Below are positions 1-9,726 of a stretch of 64,000 nucleotides of DNA, in pieces. A program made the position numbers and the translations under genes. Positions within the stretch are counted from its first letter, which is position 1. Every line of letters starts with the position of its first letter. This stretch comes from Smithellaceae bacterium (GTDB lineage Bacteria > Desulfobacterota > Syntrophia > Syntrophales > Smithellaceae): assembly GCA_963667845.2 (NCBI GenBank), contig CAXXVL010000001.1, positions 96,001-160,000 of the forward strand, given 5' to 3'. The notes beneath the pieces were generated by a model. That model saw only the letters and a program-made list of their open reading frames with translations. It was not told the DNA's origin and searched no databases.

Positions 1-339
1 CACCCGACTGACTCGGATAAGAAGAATCTGACCGTTCATCCCGTCTATAACAGCACGACACTGGCACTGATCAAGACCGTCGAAGCCAATGCCGATTTCG
101 TTGTTCTGCTTAGCCATAATTGGGATAATGTCGATAAAGACAGTGTTGCCAAGCTGACCGGAAATAAGACGCATATTATCGTGGGAGGCCACTCCCATAA
201 AGTCCTTGCCGAAAAAGTGAGCGGCAAGTCTCTGATCAAATCCGGTGCGTACGGCCAGGATGTGGGCAGCACGATGGTGGAATGGAATCCCCATACCGCC
301 TTGGTAGTTAAGGTGACTGCCCGCAACTCCGCGATGTGA
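1..339 (+). CDS. Metallophosphoesterase (5'-nucleotidase N-terminal-type domain), 5'-truncated by window edge
   Basis: Not in the ORF track. Frame 1 reads HPTDSDKK...ADFVVLLSHNWD...HIIVGGHSHK...IKSGAYGQDVG...NSAM*; VVLLSH and GGHSH are calcineurin-like phosphoesterase motifs. TGA at 337-339. Confidence 0.75.
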   Translation, partial: HPTDSDKKNLTVHPVYNSTTLALIKTVEANADFVVLLSHNWDNVDKDSVAKLTGNKTHIIVGGHSHKVLAEKVSGKSLIKSGAYGQDVGSTMVEWNPHTALVVKVTARNSAM

Positions 340-567
340 AGGAAAACAATGATCATGCTTTACACGGATGATTCGGCAAAGTCGCGTCGCTCGCCTTACC
401 AAAAAAAATAGTTGCCGTTATGCCGATTTCATGTCGTAAATATTCGACATCAAAAGAAGTGACTTTATGGGAAGAGTGGCAGCGATTGCCGCCGTATATG
501 CGGATCCGAATCTGCCTAAAACGCTTTGTCCGAATGCCGGAAAAATTGTGTGACCTAAGGAGGAATG

Positions 568-894
568 ATGACCGCTAACTACCTTTTCATCGGCTGCAAT
601 GGTTATGTGGCTGCCGTAAATCCGTACGATGGTTCGCAGGTATGGCGAACTCAATTAAAACCAGGGGTCCTGTCGGCCACCTCTCACGGGGATGTTTGTA
701 TCCTGGAGCATGAGAATCGCGTTTATGCCGGTTGCGGCGGGCACCTTTTTGGCCTCGATGCCGGTTCCGGACAAATCCTCTGGCACAATGATTTAAAAGG
801 CATGGGATATAACAATGTGACCCTGGCCATGGCGGGCAAGTCGATTCAATTTGCGACCCGTCGCGCTCAAACTCAGAATGCAAGTGATACGTAG
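568..894 (+). CDS. Small PQQ-like beta-propeller repeat protein
   Basis: Two Trp-docking blade motifs (AVNPYDGSQVWR, LDAGSGQILWH); AAGGAGGA RBS upstream. Confidence 0.75.
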   Translation: MTANYLFIGCNGYVAAVNPYDGSQVWRTQLKPGVLSATSHGDVCILEHENRVYAGCGGHLFGLDAGSGQILWHNDLKGMGYNNVTLAMAGKSIQFATRRAQTQNASDT

Positions 895-987
895 GCTGGA
901 CACATTTCCCGCTTGCACGCCGGCCTCGCCGGAATGTGCGGGAGGTGTACCGAATTCAGTTCGTTTTGGGAGCAGAGGTAAACATCA

Positions 988-2805
988 ATGACAAATTCTC
1001 TCATGAGTCGGTTGGGAAGCACGGTGCTGATCGGCAGCGGAGCGATCGGGACGTGTCTGCGCGAGATAAGCCCGATGGGCGAGGAGCCTGTTGAACTTCT
1101 CAACCTGAGGCAACCCGAAGCGGTGAAGAGCCTGCATGCCGCCTATCGCGCGGCGGGGTCGCAGATCCTGGTGACCAATACCTTTGCGGCCAATTCGCTG
1201 GTCCTTGATGATGCAGGTGTTGCCGGGTCATGCGGGGAGATCAACCGTGCCGGCGTCGCTCTGGCTCGGGAAGCAGGTTCGGCGGACTGCCTGGTCTGGG
1301 CCTCGGTGGGGCCGTTGCATTTAGGGTTGCGGCTCGATGATTATACAAACGGTGCCCTGGTGGACATCTATCGTCAGCAGTGCGAGGCGCTCGGCGGCGC
1401 CGATGCGCTTCTGATGGAAACCTTTGTGGACGTAAGAGAAGCACAAGCCGCCTTGCAGGCGGCCATGGCGACGGGCCTGCCCGTTATCTTTCAGATCGGA
1501 AATACCGGCGGCGGATCGCAACGCCGGCATCGTATCGATCAGCTTCTCGATTTGGCGCACCGGGCGGGCGTCATGGCCGTGGGAACAAACTGCCACCATC
1601 CGGAAGAGATCGTTCGCGTGGTATCCTACATTGTCGAGCACACTTGCCTGCCCGTAACCGCCTCTCCCAATGCCGGGCATCCGCGGATCGAACGCGGGGT
1701 CGTTCAATATGAGTTTTCACCGGATGATTTTGCCCGGGCGGCATTGACACTTGTGGCCGCGGGCGTTGCGGTTGTCGGCGGCTGCTGCGGCACGACGCCG
1801 GATCACATCCGGAAAATGGCCCAGGTGCTGGGAGAGCGCGCCGTCATGCCGCGGCCGCGCCTGAAAGCTGAGGCCGGGCAGGTGCCTTTGCCCTCCGAGC
1901 ATCCCCAGGCCGTCAATCCGGTTCGCGCGCTTTTGAAGAGCGATCGCTTTCTTGTGAGCGTGGAGATACGCGCCGACCGGACGCAGCCGCTTAGTGAGAT
2001 CGTTCACGGGGCGTCTGAGGTGGCGGCGGCCGGGGCCGACATATTCAATGTGCCGGATAATCCCGGGGCCACCGTCGGGCGCGACGCCATGGTCACGGCC
2101 GCCCGTCTGCAGAATGATCTGGGGATTCCCTCTATCTGCCATTTCAGTGTAACCCAGTCCAACCTGATGCGGCTGCACTCGACGCTGATCGGCTGCTGGG
2201 ATTCCGGTCTGCGGGGCCTTCTGGCGATTACCGGCGACGCGCCTTCGATGGGGCATCTGGGGAACCTGGCGCACCGTGTCGTGGATATGCGCAGCTCGGT
2301 GGAACTGCTGCGTCTGATCCGCGGACTGCGCGAAGGAAAAATTATCAACGGGGAGGGACTCGCGGACCCGCCCGACTTCTGCGCCGGCTGTGCCGTTGCG
2401 CGGCCGATCCCGCCGCAAATCCGCTGGCTCAAAACCAAAATCGAAGCCGGCGCCGAGTTTGTATTCTCCCAGCCGGTCTTCACGCTCGATGATTACAAAA
2501 AACTGCGCGACGCTCTGGCGGACTTGCCGATCCGGTTTTTCCCCGGCGTTATGCCACTTACGAGCCACCGCAGCGCCGCATTTCTGGCCGGCGGACGGAT
2601 TCCGGGCATTGTTGTTCCGGAGAATATTGTGGCTGCCTTCACGCGGTATGAAAAACTCGCCGACCAGCGCCGTTTCGGCCTGGATCAGGCATGCGCTCTG
2701 GCCCAGGGTATTGCGGCGGAGGCGTCGGGACTGTATCTCATCATGCCTTTCGGCAAAACCTGCTACGAAGATGCCGCACAGATTGTCCGCCACGTCCGAG
2801 GATGA
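988..2805 (+). CDS. Bifunctional homocysteine S-methyltransferase / methylenetetrahydrofolate reductase (YitJ-like)
   Basis: N-half has TNTFAAN, ETF, GTNC and GGCCGT Zn ligands. C-half is MTHFR-like (PDNP, AITGD, KIEAGAEFVFSQPVF). Confidence 0.85.
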   Translation: MTNSLMSRLGSTVLIGSGAIGTCLREISPMGEEPVELLNLRQPEAVKSLHAAYRAAGSQILVTNTFAANSLVLDDAGVAGSCGEINRAGVALAREAGSADCLVWASVGPLHLGLRLDDYTNGALVDIYRQQCEALGGADALLMETFVDVREAQAALQAAMATGLPVIFQIGNTGGGSQRRHRIDQLLDLAHRAGVMAVGTNCHHPEEIVRVVSYIVEHTCLPVTASPNAGHPRIERGVVQYEFSPDDFARAALTLVAAGVAVVGGCCGTTPDHIRKMAQVLGERAVMPRPRLKAEAGQVPLPSEHPQAVNPVRALLKSDRFLVSVEIRADRTQPLSEIVHGASEVAAAGADIFNVPDNPGATVGRDAMVTAARLQNDLGIPSICHFSVTQSNLMRLHSTLIGCWDSGLRGLLAITGDAPSMGHLGNLAHRVVDMRSSVELLRLIRGLREGKIINGEGLADPPDFCAGCAVARPIPPQIRWLKTKIEAGAEFVFSQPVFTLDDYKKLRDALADLPIRFFPGVMPLTSHRSAAFLAGGRIPGIVVPENIVAAFTRYEKLADQRRFGLDQACALAQGIAAEASGLYLIMPFGKTCYEDAAQIVRHVRG

Positions 2806-2852
2806 CCAAGAGGGACGGCGGATGACAAAAGAATGATTATCGGGGATACGAA

Positions 2853-3173
2853 ATGAAATATGCCTATTTATTCCTGTCCGTCGCATTCAATGTCGCCTCT
2901 TACTTTTTGTACAAGAGCATTTCCAACAGGGAAGGCGGCCTGTTCTGGACCGCTGTCTTTGTATCCGGATTAATTCTCGGGGGTATCAACGTGCTGTTTT
3001 TCACCAAAGCGCTTAAAAACATCCCCCTGAGCGTCGCCTATCCGGTATTTTCCGGAGCATGCATATTCGCAATGAGCCTCTTGTCGTACGTGTTCTTCGG
3101 CGAGAAGATAAGTGCACTCAATGCAGCCGGCGCCGTTGTCGTCGTGATCGGGATCGCCATGTTAACAAATTGA
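2853..3173 (+). CDS. SMR/DMT family small multidrug transporter
   Basis: 106 aa, four hydrophobic helices, ALKNIPLSVAYPVFSG and FFGEKIS motifs. Confidence 0.8.
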   Translation: MKYAYLFLSVAFNVASYFLYKSISNREGGLFWTAVFVSGLILGGINVLFFTKALKNIPLSVAYPVFSGACIFAMSLLSYVFFGEKISALNAAGAVVVVIGIAMLTN

Positions 3174-3219
3174 AGACTTCGGGAACAGCCCCCTTTCGGA
3201 AAGCAGCGAAGCATCGACT

Positions 3220-3987
3220 ATGAACGAAGAAAGAAGAACAGGAAGATATAAAGTCCTCGCGGTAGCGGCAATTACGCTCATCATGCTTGCCGGTTTCGCG
3301 TTATACATTTCTTTCTCGCGGACCGAATCGACAAAACCGTCTGTTCCACAGCGCGAGCGGATTGAATCGACATTGCCCGCTAGTCCGGTCCGGGGAATGG
3401 AGTCGAATATTTTTATGATTCAGGCCGGTGGAAAAAAGGACACGATCGCGGCGGCCGGCCAGATCTTTACACCAGGCCTCCGGACGCCTGTTTTGTATAA
3501 ACTGGGATTGTTGTTCGTTCAGAATCGCTTCACCAAGCAGGTGTCGGACTTCAAGCTGCAGGTCAGGCTTTCCGAGTGGGCCGGTGATCGCCCGGGGGCG
3601 GCAATCCTCTGGGTATCGGCACCGTGCGTCATCCCCAGCGTTACAGATGACTTTCAGGCCGACTGGGTGGATTTTGACGTACCGCACCTCCAGCTGGATC
3701 CCGCAAAGCAGTATGTTGCCTGGGTCACGTTAAGCGGTTTGGGAAATCCGCCGGATGCAGCCATCGGCATTCCGGGGATGGGGCCGCGTTATTCATCGCC
3801 GCAGGCGATGGGAGAACGGAAACCGGAACCAGCCGATTCGCCTTATCCGCAGGGGAAACGGGTGTTCTGTAAACGGGATCATCCGGACGGAGATTTATCG
3901 CAGATGTTCAATACCGCCTGGGAGGTGCATGATTCAGGGCACAATTTGCACTTCAGGATGTCATTTGAAAATGATGCGCCGGGTTGA
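3220..3987 (+). CDS. Hypothetical protein with single N-terminal membrane anchor
   Basis: 255-aa ORF; basic N-terminus, one TM helix, then a beta-rich-looking soluble domain. Confidence 0.6.
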   Translation: MNEERRTGRYKVLAVAAITLIMLAGFALYISFSRTESTKPSVPQRERIESTLPASPVRGMESNIFMIQAGGKKDTIAAAGQIFTPGLRTPVLYKLGLLFVQNRFTKQVSDFKLQVRLSEWAGDRPGAAILWVSAPCVIPSVTDDFQADWVDFDVPHLQLDPAKQYVAWVTLSGLGNPPDAAIGIPGMGPRYSSPQAMGERKPEPADSPYPQGKRVFCKRDHPDGDLSQMFNTAWEVHDSGHNLHFRMSFENDAPG

Positions 3988-4003
3988 CGGCTGCGGTTGT
4001 ACT

Positions 4004-4537
4004 TTAGCGAATCCTGTAAGTTCTGCTCCTGTTTGTTTCAGATTTGCCTTCATTCAGATTGGAAAGATCGCGGTTCAGTTCAATGCATTTATACAATCTT
4101 ATATCCTGGTTGATTAGAGATTGCTTCCGGTGCAGCACGGATAGTTCGCTGTTGAGCTGAGTCATTTCGTCTTTTACGGGCGCCGGTCTTTCGAAGCGGC
4201 GTCTGGGGCCGGGATTATTCAGCGTCTCGTTCTTCGCGAGGTCCAATTGCTTTTTCTGCAGATCGGAACGTTGCCTCTCGAGCGCATTTATATCGTTGTT
4301 CACCTCTTCCAACTCGCGGGACAAATTGCTGCATCTGTCCGGTAAATTTGTTTTGGACGATGTTCTCCGGCTCTGGGGTTCCTCGGAAGTTTCCCCTCTG
4401 GAACATTTCATTCCTTCTTGAGGAACAGAAGTGAGCACGGCATTGCCATCGGCGTCGATACAGCGAAAGATCTCCTGCGCAGCGGCCGCCGTGGACAACA
4501 GAAAAAAGATGCCCAGAAGTAAAAATATCCGTTTCAT
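4004..4537 (-). CDS. Exported DUF4124-like protein with coiled coil
   Basis: Signal peptide, then IFRCIDADGNAVLTSVP (DUF4124 pattern) and a heptad-rich region; GAGGTG RBS. Confidence 0.7.
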   Translation of the reverse strand: MKRIFLLLGIFFLLSTAAAAQEIFRCIDADGNAVLTSVPQEGMKCSRGETSEEPQSRRTSSKTNLPDRCSNLSRELEEVNNDINALERQRSDLQKKQLDLAKNETLNNPGPRRRFERPAPVKDEMTQLNSELSVLHRKQSLINQDIRLYKCIELNRDLSNLNEGKSETNRSRTYRIR

Positions 4538-4612
4538 TTCGTCACCTCGTTATTCGTCAACCAGGCATTTCTTCTTGCCGGTTCAGTGACCTGATCACCG
4601 CAGGGAAAGGCA

Positions 4613-4648
4613 GCGATCACCCTCGCGGGTGGCAAGGTCGATCCCTAC
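4613..4648 (-). repeat. GTAG-type REP-like repeat (family C) at paaK stop
   Basis: Minus strand reads GTAGGGATCGACCTTGCCACCCGCGAGGGTGATCGC; related copies at 29443-29471, 29530-29563 and about 41857-41880. Confidence 0.55.
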
Positions 4649-5952
4649 AGTTTTCTCTTGTCAATGACACGGCTGGCTTTGCCTTCGGAGCGCTGGATGG
4701 TTTTGGGTTCGACCAGCTTGATTTTGGCCGTGATGCCCAGGTAGTCCTTCATGTCTTTTTTCAGCTGCTGCTCGAGCTTCTGGAGCACTTTGACCTCGTC
4801 AAAATTTTCCGCCTGCGTCTCCGACATCTCCACCTGAACCTCCAGCGTATCGAGCGTTCCTTCGCGGTCCACGATGAGCTGGTAGTGCGGTTCGAGGCCC
4901 TCGATACCGATGAGGACGGCTTCGATCTGCGAGGGGTAGACATTGACGCCGCGGATGATCAGCATGTCGTCGCTCCGGCCCATGACGCGGTCCATGCGGT
5001 AATGCGTACGTCCGCAGCGGCAGGGCGCGGGATTCAGACGGGACATGTCGCGCGTCCGGTAACGGATCAGGGGAAACGCTTCTTTCGTCAGCGTGGTAAA
5101 GACCAGTTCGCCCTCGGAGCCGGGCGGGAGGACCTCACCGGTTTTGGGATCGATGGTTTCCACCAGAAAATGGTCTTCAAAAATGTGCATGCCGTCTCGT
5201 GCTTCCGTGCACTCCATGGCCACGCCCGGGCCCATGATTTCCGACAGGCCGTAGATGTTCATGGCCGTGAGGTTCAATGTTTTTTCAATTTCATCGCGCA
5301 TCTTTTCCGTCCAGGGTTCCGCGCCGAAAACACCCACGCGCAGGGCCAGTGCGCGCATGTCCACACCCATGGCCTGCCCCTGTTCGGCGAGGTTCAGGGC
5401 ATAGGAGGGTGTGCAGCAGATGGCGGTCGGGCGAAAGTCCTGCAAAATCGTAATCTGGCGCTTGGTGTTGCCTCCCGACATCGGAATCACGCTCGCGCCG
5501 ATTTTTTCCGCGCCGTAATGGGCGCCCAGGCCCCCGGTGAACAGGCCATAGCCGTATGCGTTATGGATGATGTCGTTCTTCGTGAGACCCGCGGCCACGA
5601 AACAGCGGCCCATGAGTTCCGCCCAGGTATCGATGTCGTGTTTCGTATAGCCGACGACCGTGGAGGCGCCGGTAGTGCCCGATGAGGCGTGCAGACGGAC
5701 AACATTGCTCATCGGCGTGGCGAATAATCCGAAGGGGTAGTTGTCCCGCAGGTCCTGTTTGGTGGTAAACGGGAAACGCTTCAGATCGTCGAGCGATCTC
5801 AGGCTCTCGGGCGAGACCCCCCCCTTGTCGAAAGATTTCTTATAGAAACCGACGTTATGATATAACCGTGCGGCCACCTGTTGCAGTCTTTTGAGTTGCA
5901 GCGCTTCCAGGGCCTCGCGGGGCAGGGTTTCAAATTCTTCATTGTAGATCAT
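4645..5952 (-). CDS. paaK: Phenylacetate-CoA ligase
   Basis: [35 protein letters not shown] and [20 protein letters not shown] motifs. Confidence 0.92.
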   Translation of the reverse strand: MIYNEEFETLPREALEALQLKRLQQVAARLYHNVGFYKKSFDKGGVSPESLRSLDDLKRFPFTTKQDLRDNYPFGLFATPMSNVVRLHASSGTTGASTVVGYTKHDIDTWAELMGRCFVAAGLTKNDIIHNAYGYGLFTGGLGAHYGAEKIGASVIPMSGGNTKRQITILQDFRPTAICCTPSYALNLAEQGQAMGVDMRALALRVGVFGAEPWTEKMRDEIEKTLNLTAMNIYGLSEIMGPGVAMECTEARDGMHIFEDHFLVETIDPKTGEVLPPGSEGELVFTTLTKEAFPLIRYRTRDMSRLNPAPCRCGRTHYRMDRVMGRSDDMLIIRGVNVYPSQIEAVLIGIEGLEPHYQLIVDREGTLDTLEVQVEMSETQAENFDEVKVLQKLEQQLKKDMKDYLGITAKIKLVEPKTIQRSEGKASRVIDKRKL

Positions 5953-6017
5953 GGGTTACGGTTCTCCTCCCGTTAATATGATGATTCTTCCTATAGCATA
6001 AACGTCTCTCAAAACAA

Positions 6018-6225
6018 AAGTTTTAAGTAATTAAGACTTAAGTAGTTAAGTTTTAAGTAATTAAGTTTTAAGTAATTAAGATTGAATTTAATCCCGCTCA
6101 CGCGGGGCGAGCGTTAATTCTCCATAGCTTGCTGCACGGTGGTTGATTATTTTTAACGCCGGGGACGCGTATTGGAAAGATTTTAGTTAACCCTTAAATC
6201 TTAAAACTTGATTACTTAAAACTTA
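6018..6225. repeat. AT-rich TTAAG tandem array with inverted partner array (family D)
   Basis: 6018-6083 has alternating 7/8-nt units (AAGTTTT/AAGTAATT); about 6192-6225 (CTTAAATCTTAAAACTTGATTACTTAAAACTT) is its inverted complement. Confidence 0.75.
6088..6148 (+). repeat. Dispersed repeat family A, short form (copy 1)
   Basis: TTAATCCCGCTCACGCGGGGCGAGCGTTAATTC...GCTTGCTGC...GGTTGATT; five copies in the window. Confidence 0.85.
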
Positions 6226-6254
6226 TTGACATGTGTATTCGTTCTTTCTATACT
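6226..6254 (+). promoter_or_regulatory. sigma70-type promoter for STAS/RsbW operon
   Basis: TTGACA-17 nt-TATACT. Confidence 0.75.
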
Positions 6255-6307
6255 CACGCCGTCCGAGCGGTAATTTTAGTTCGAGCTATATTAAAAGGAG
6301 CATGTCG

Positions 6308-6643
6308 ATGGAAATTGTTGTCACCAATGAGTCGGAAATCGTTGTTTTTGCAATTCGTGGCAGACTGGACGCTGTTACCGTTCCGCAACTGGAAGAGCGC
6401 CTCAACCAGTGGTTTGAGCAGGCTGAGAAAAAGCTGATCTTTGATCTGGACGGACTCGAATACATCAGCAGCGCCGGCCTGAGAGTCTTTCTCACCACGG
6501 CCAAAAAGATGAAAGCGCGCGACGGCAAAATGTGCATGACCAGACTCCGGGAGAATGTCAAAGACGTATTTACCATCTCGGGATTTATCGCTCTGATCCC
6601 CGCCTTCGAAACCCTGGGAGCAGCGCAGGACGCCGTTCGTTAA
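6308..6643 (+). CDS. STAS-domain anti-sigma factor antagonist (RsbV/SpoIIAA-like)
   Basis: GRLDA and DLDGLEYISSAGLR with the phosphorylatable Ser; AAGGAG RBS favours the 6308 start. Confidence 0.9.
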   Translation: MEIVVTNESEIVVFAIRGRLDAVTVPQLEERLNQWFEQAEKKLIFDLDGLEYISSAGLRVFLTTAKKMKARDGKMCMTRLRENVKDVFTISGFIALIPAFETLGAAQDAVR

Positions 6644-6647
6644 TCCC

Positions 6648-7076
6648 GTGCCGGAATCATTGCGTATGCTGATTAAACAAATGCCCGCCCGGGTCGAAAG
6701 TCTGCATGAGCTCTTGACGTTCATCCGGAATGAGGGGAAGCAAAGAGGACTATCCGACGATACGCTGAACCGCATTGAACTGGTTGCGGAAGAAGCGCTG
6801 GTCAACGTGTTTGTTCATGGGTATGCGTCTCCGGGCGAGGGACAAGTTGAAGTGCGCAGCCTGGGTTCGGACAATCCGACGCTGACGATTGAAATCCGCG
6901 ATAAGGGTGTTGACTTCGATCCGCTGTCCATTGCCGATCCGGATATAAAATCCGATATTGCGAAGCGTAAGATTGGCGGGATGGGCGTATTTCTGATCCG
7001 CAAGATGACCGATCACGTTTCCTACCGGCGGGAAGCCGACAGCAATATCTTAACCATGTCTTTTTCCAATCGCTGA
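6648..7076 (+). CDS. Anti-sigma factor Ser kinase (RsbW-like HATPase)
   Basis: EEALVNVFVHGY, DKGVDFDP, GGMGVFLIRKMTD. Confidence 0.9.
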   Translation: MPESLRMLIKQMPARVESLHELLTFIRNEGKQRGLSDDTLNRIELVAEEALVNVFVHGYASPGEGQVEVRSLGSDNPTLTIEIRDKGVDFDPLSIADPDIKSDIAKRKIGGMGVFLIRKMTDHVSYRREADSNILTMSFSNR

Positions 7077-7158
7077 AGGTATCGGATCAGGAATCTGCCG
7101 GATTGGATTTTCCGGCGGGTCACGATACCTTCGCTAAAATAGAAATCATTCTGACATC

Positions 7159-7191
7159 AAACCGGCTGCGGTATCCACGGCCGGTTTTTTT
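7159..7191 (+). terminator. Intrinsic terminator
   Basis: AAACCGGCTG/CGGCCGGTTT stem followed by a T-run, between convergent genes. Confidence 0.6.
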
Positions 7192-7252
7192 ATGGTCGCA
7201 TTTCCCTGGAGAGAAAGAAATACCGGGTGACTTGCCCGTAGGTAAGATGGTG

Positions 7253-9064
7253 TTACATCTCCACCCTCGTGACAATCCCCTGCAGGCGGCTGGGCGGCAG
7301 CTTACTGAACTGGACGAAATTGGGCGTGACCCGTTTAATCAGACTGAAGACGCGCCAGACGGGATTGCGCGTCACGATGTCTTCCACACCGTAAAAGATA
7401 ACCTTTTCCTGAATGCCCTGTTCCTTGATCAGTGCCTCCAGATCGAAAATTTCGCGGTAGCCTGCCCACACTTCGAGCGCTTCCAGACCCGGCGCCAGGT
7501 CCTGCTTCATCTGAACCTTGAGGCCGTAGGGTTCATCGGTGCGGGTGATGGAAATCAGGATATTGCGCTCGTAGATGATGTTGCTGCGGAAGATGCTGTG
7601 AACGATATAGGGCGAGATCATCTGGTAGCCCCGGCAGAAATACAGGGCCGTACCCGCGATGTTTCTTCCTTTGGCGTAGATTTGTTCATAACTGATGATA
7701 AAGGTTTCAAAATCCAGCGGCCTGAGCGACCTGAAGAGCCGGTCCTGACCTCTCGTCCAGGTGAGAATCAGGCCAAGCGGGATGGCGGCCAGGATGAGCG
7801 ACCAATAGGCGCCGTGGGGGATTTTACTGAGCGTGGAGATGAAGAAAGTCAGGGCGATGGCGCTCACGATGACGGCAAAGGGCAGCTTCCATCGCCATTT
7901 TTTGATCTGCGAGAGCACGAGAATCATCATCAGGCCGGTAATCGTCATCGAGCCGGTCACGGCCATGCCGTAGGCTGCAGCCAGATTTTCCGATTTTTGA
8001 AAGATCAGAATCATCAGAATGACGGCGCACATCAGCGTCCCGTTCACGACGGGGATGAAGATCTGTGATTTCCGCTGGCTCGACGTGTAGGCCACCTTCA
8101 TGAGCGGCATGAGCCTCGTGGTAATTCCCTGGTAAACGATGGAAAACGTTCCGCTGATGATGGACTGCGAAGCAATAATAGTTGCCCCGACGGTGAGGAT
8201 GAGAAACGGAATGTAAAGATAGGAGGCCTGGTGCTGAACCATGCCGAAAAGCAGATATTTGACGTCCGGATGTGCAATCGCGAAGACGCCCTGACCCATA
8301 TAATTAAGAAGGATGGCGGCAAACACGAAATACCAGGCATTCAGGATCGGTTTTCTCCCCAGGTGCCCCATATCGGCATACATGGCCTCGCCGCCCGTGG
8401 CACACAAGATGACCTCGGAGAGGACAAAGAAACCGGCGAGCCCGTTTTCCGAAAGAAATTTAAACGCGTAGTAAGGACTGACGGCTTTCAAAATTCCCGG
8501 CATCGTGACGATGGATACCACGCCCGTTACGGCCAGACAAATGAACCAGACCAGCATGATCGGCCCGAAGACGCCGGCGACTTTATCCGTTCCCCGGGAT
8601 TGAACGGCAAACAGAATAATGGCGATCATGACGGCAATCAGAATCAGGAAGTGCAATTGGAGATCTTGCATGCCGGGGACCAGCAGGATGCCTTCCACGG
8701 CGGACAAAAGTGTGATCGCCGGTGTGATGACCCCGTCGCCCAGCAGAAGCGAGACCCCGATAAAGGCCAAAAATCCGGCAAAGGCGAACTTGCGTCCCGG
8801 TTTAATCGTTTTTGACAGGATCTCCCGGAGCATGATTTCTCCGCCCTGTCCTTTATAGGAAAGGCTCATGGCCAGCCAGGCGTACTCGGCGGTGACGAGA
8901 ATCATCAGTGTCCAGACCACGAGGGAAAGGATTCCCAATACGTTCTCCTGGGTTCTCGGGGTGAGAGCAAATACAACGGTCAACGTATAGATGGGGCTTG
9001 TGCCGATGTCTCCGAACACAATTCCCATGGAGCGGACAATGCCACCCAGGAAAGAATCCTGCAT
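7253..9064 (-). CDS. kup: KUP/HAK/KT potassium uptake transporter
   Basis: VFGDIGTSPIYT, GDGVITPAIT, TGGEAMYADMGH, AAAYGMAV. Start may instead be the TTG at 9076. Confidence 0.93.
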   Translation of the reverse strand: MQDSFLGGIVRSMGIVFGDIGTSPIYTLTVVFALTPRTQENVLGILSLVVWTLMILVTAEYAWLAMSLSYKGQGGEIMLREILSKTIKPGRKFAFAGFLAFIGVSLLLGDGVITPAITLLSAVEGILLVPGMQDLQLHFLILIAVMIAIILFAVQSRGTDKVAGVFGPIMLVWFICLAVTGVVSIVTMPGILKAVSPYYAFKFLSENGLAGFFVLSEVILCATGGEAMYADMGHLGRKPILNAWYFVFAAILLNYMGQGVFAIAHPDVKYLLFGMVQHQASYLYIPFLILTVGATIIASQSIISGTFSIVYQGITTRLMPLMKVAYTSSQRKSQIFIPVVNGTLMCAVILMILIFQKSENLAAAYGMAVTGSMTITGLMMILVLSQIKKWRWKLPFAVIVSAIALTFFISTLSKIPHGAYWSLILAAIPLGLILTWTRGQDRLFRSLRPLDFETFIISYEQIYAKGRNIAGTALYFCRGYQMISPYIVHSIFRSNIIYERNILISITRTDEPYGLKVQMKQDLAPGLEALEVWAGYREIFDLEALIKEQGIQEKVIFYGVEDIVTRNPVWRVFSLIKRVTPNFVQFSKLPPSRLQGIVTRVEM

Positions 9065-9726
9065 GTTTTTTTTCAAGGTGATCCTCGCAATAAATGTGAG
9101 TGCTCCAATATCATCGAAAGAAGGGGCGGTCAAGCCGGGTAATTGGCCGTAAAACAGTCTTGGGCCGCATTATGAAATTGACAAGGCCGGTTTTCTTCTT
9201 ACAGCGAAACACCTCCGAAACGAGACAATTTTCACTAAAACATTTTGATTTCATTGAACTATATATGGTTTCGGAGGGAAACAATTGATCGTTGCGAACT
9301 CAAGATCATCACGAAAAAGGGCAGGGAAGGGCGGGCGGACCACGGCGGGAGCATCCACGATGATCGGACGACCCGCCGGAGCATCCGGGAAATGATATCA
9401 GCAACCACTGCGACGCTGAATTCACTTCGCTAATGCGCCCCGCTTGCCCGAAATAGTATTTTTCCAGGGAACGTTTGAACTTGAGGAGTTGACAATAAGT
9501 CAATCAATATGCAATATTATTACCAACGCTGATAGACATTTTGTGGCACCACCGGTCATCCAGCCAGCCTGCGGGATAAATCATCGATTGTCAAATCCAG
9601 AGAAACCGGTTTCTCGATTTTCAATATCCAACTGCCTTTCCGCCGATTGATCAAGAAGCATTGTGACCGGCCATCGTCCATTGATTGTAACTAAACATTA
9701 GAAATGACCCTTTGAGGAAAATAGCT

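Noticed and set aside
895..987. Possible SAM/SAH riboswitch before the YitJ-like gene
   Set aside because: Only an imperfect hairpin (ACACATTTCCCGC/GCGGGAGGTGT); no SAM-I or SAH consensus seen.
1717..2886. 389-aa minus-strand ORF, and similar long antisense ORFs (7103-8068, 11319-12311, 43326-44261)
   Set aside because: They shadow well-supported genes on the opposite strand and have no recognisable motifs; such ORFs are expected in GC-rich coding DNA.
6018..6090. CRISPR array or replication-origin unwinding element
   Set aside because: No unique spacers, cas genes, DnaA-box cluster or origin-linked genes; a similar array recurs at 26694.
9134..9700. Possible c-di-AMP (ydaO) riboswitch upstream of kup
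   Set aside because: GC-rich stems exist, but I could not find the conserved ydaO sequence blocks on the minus strand.
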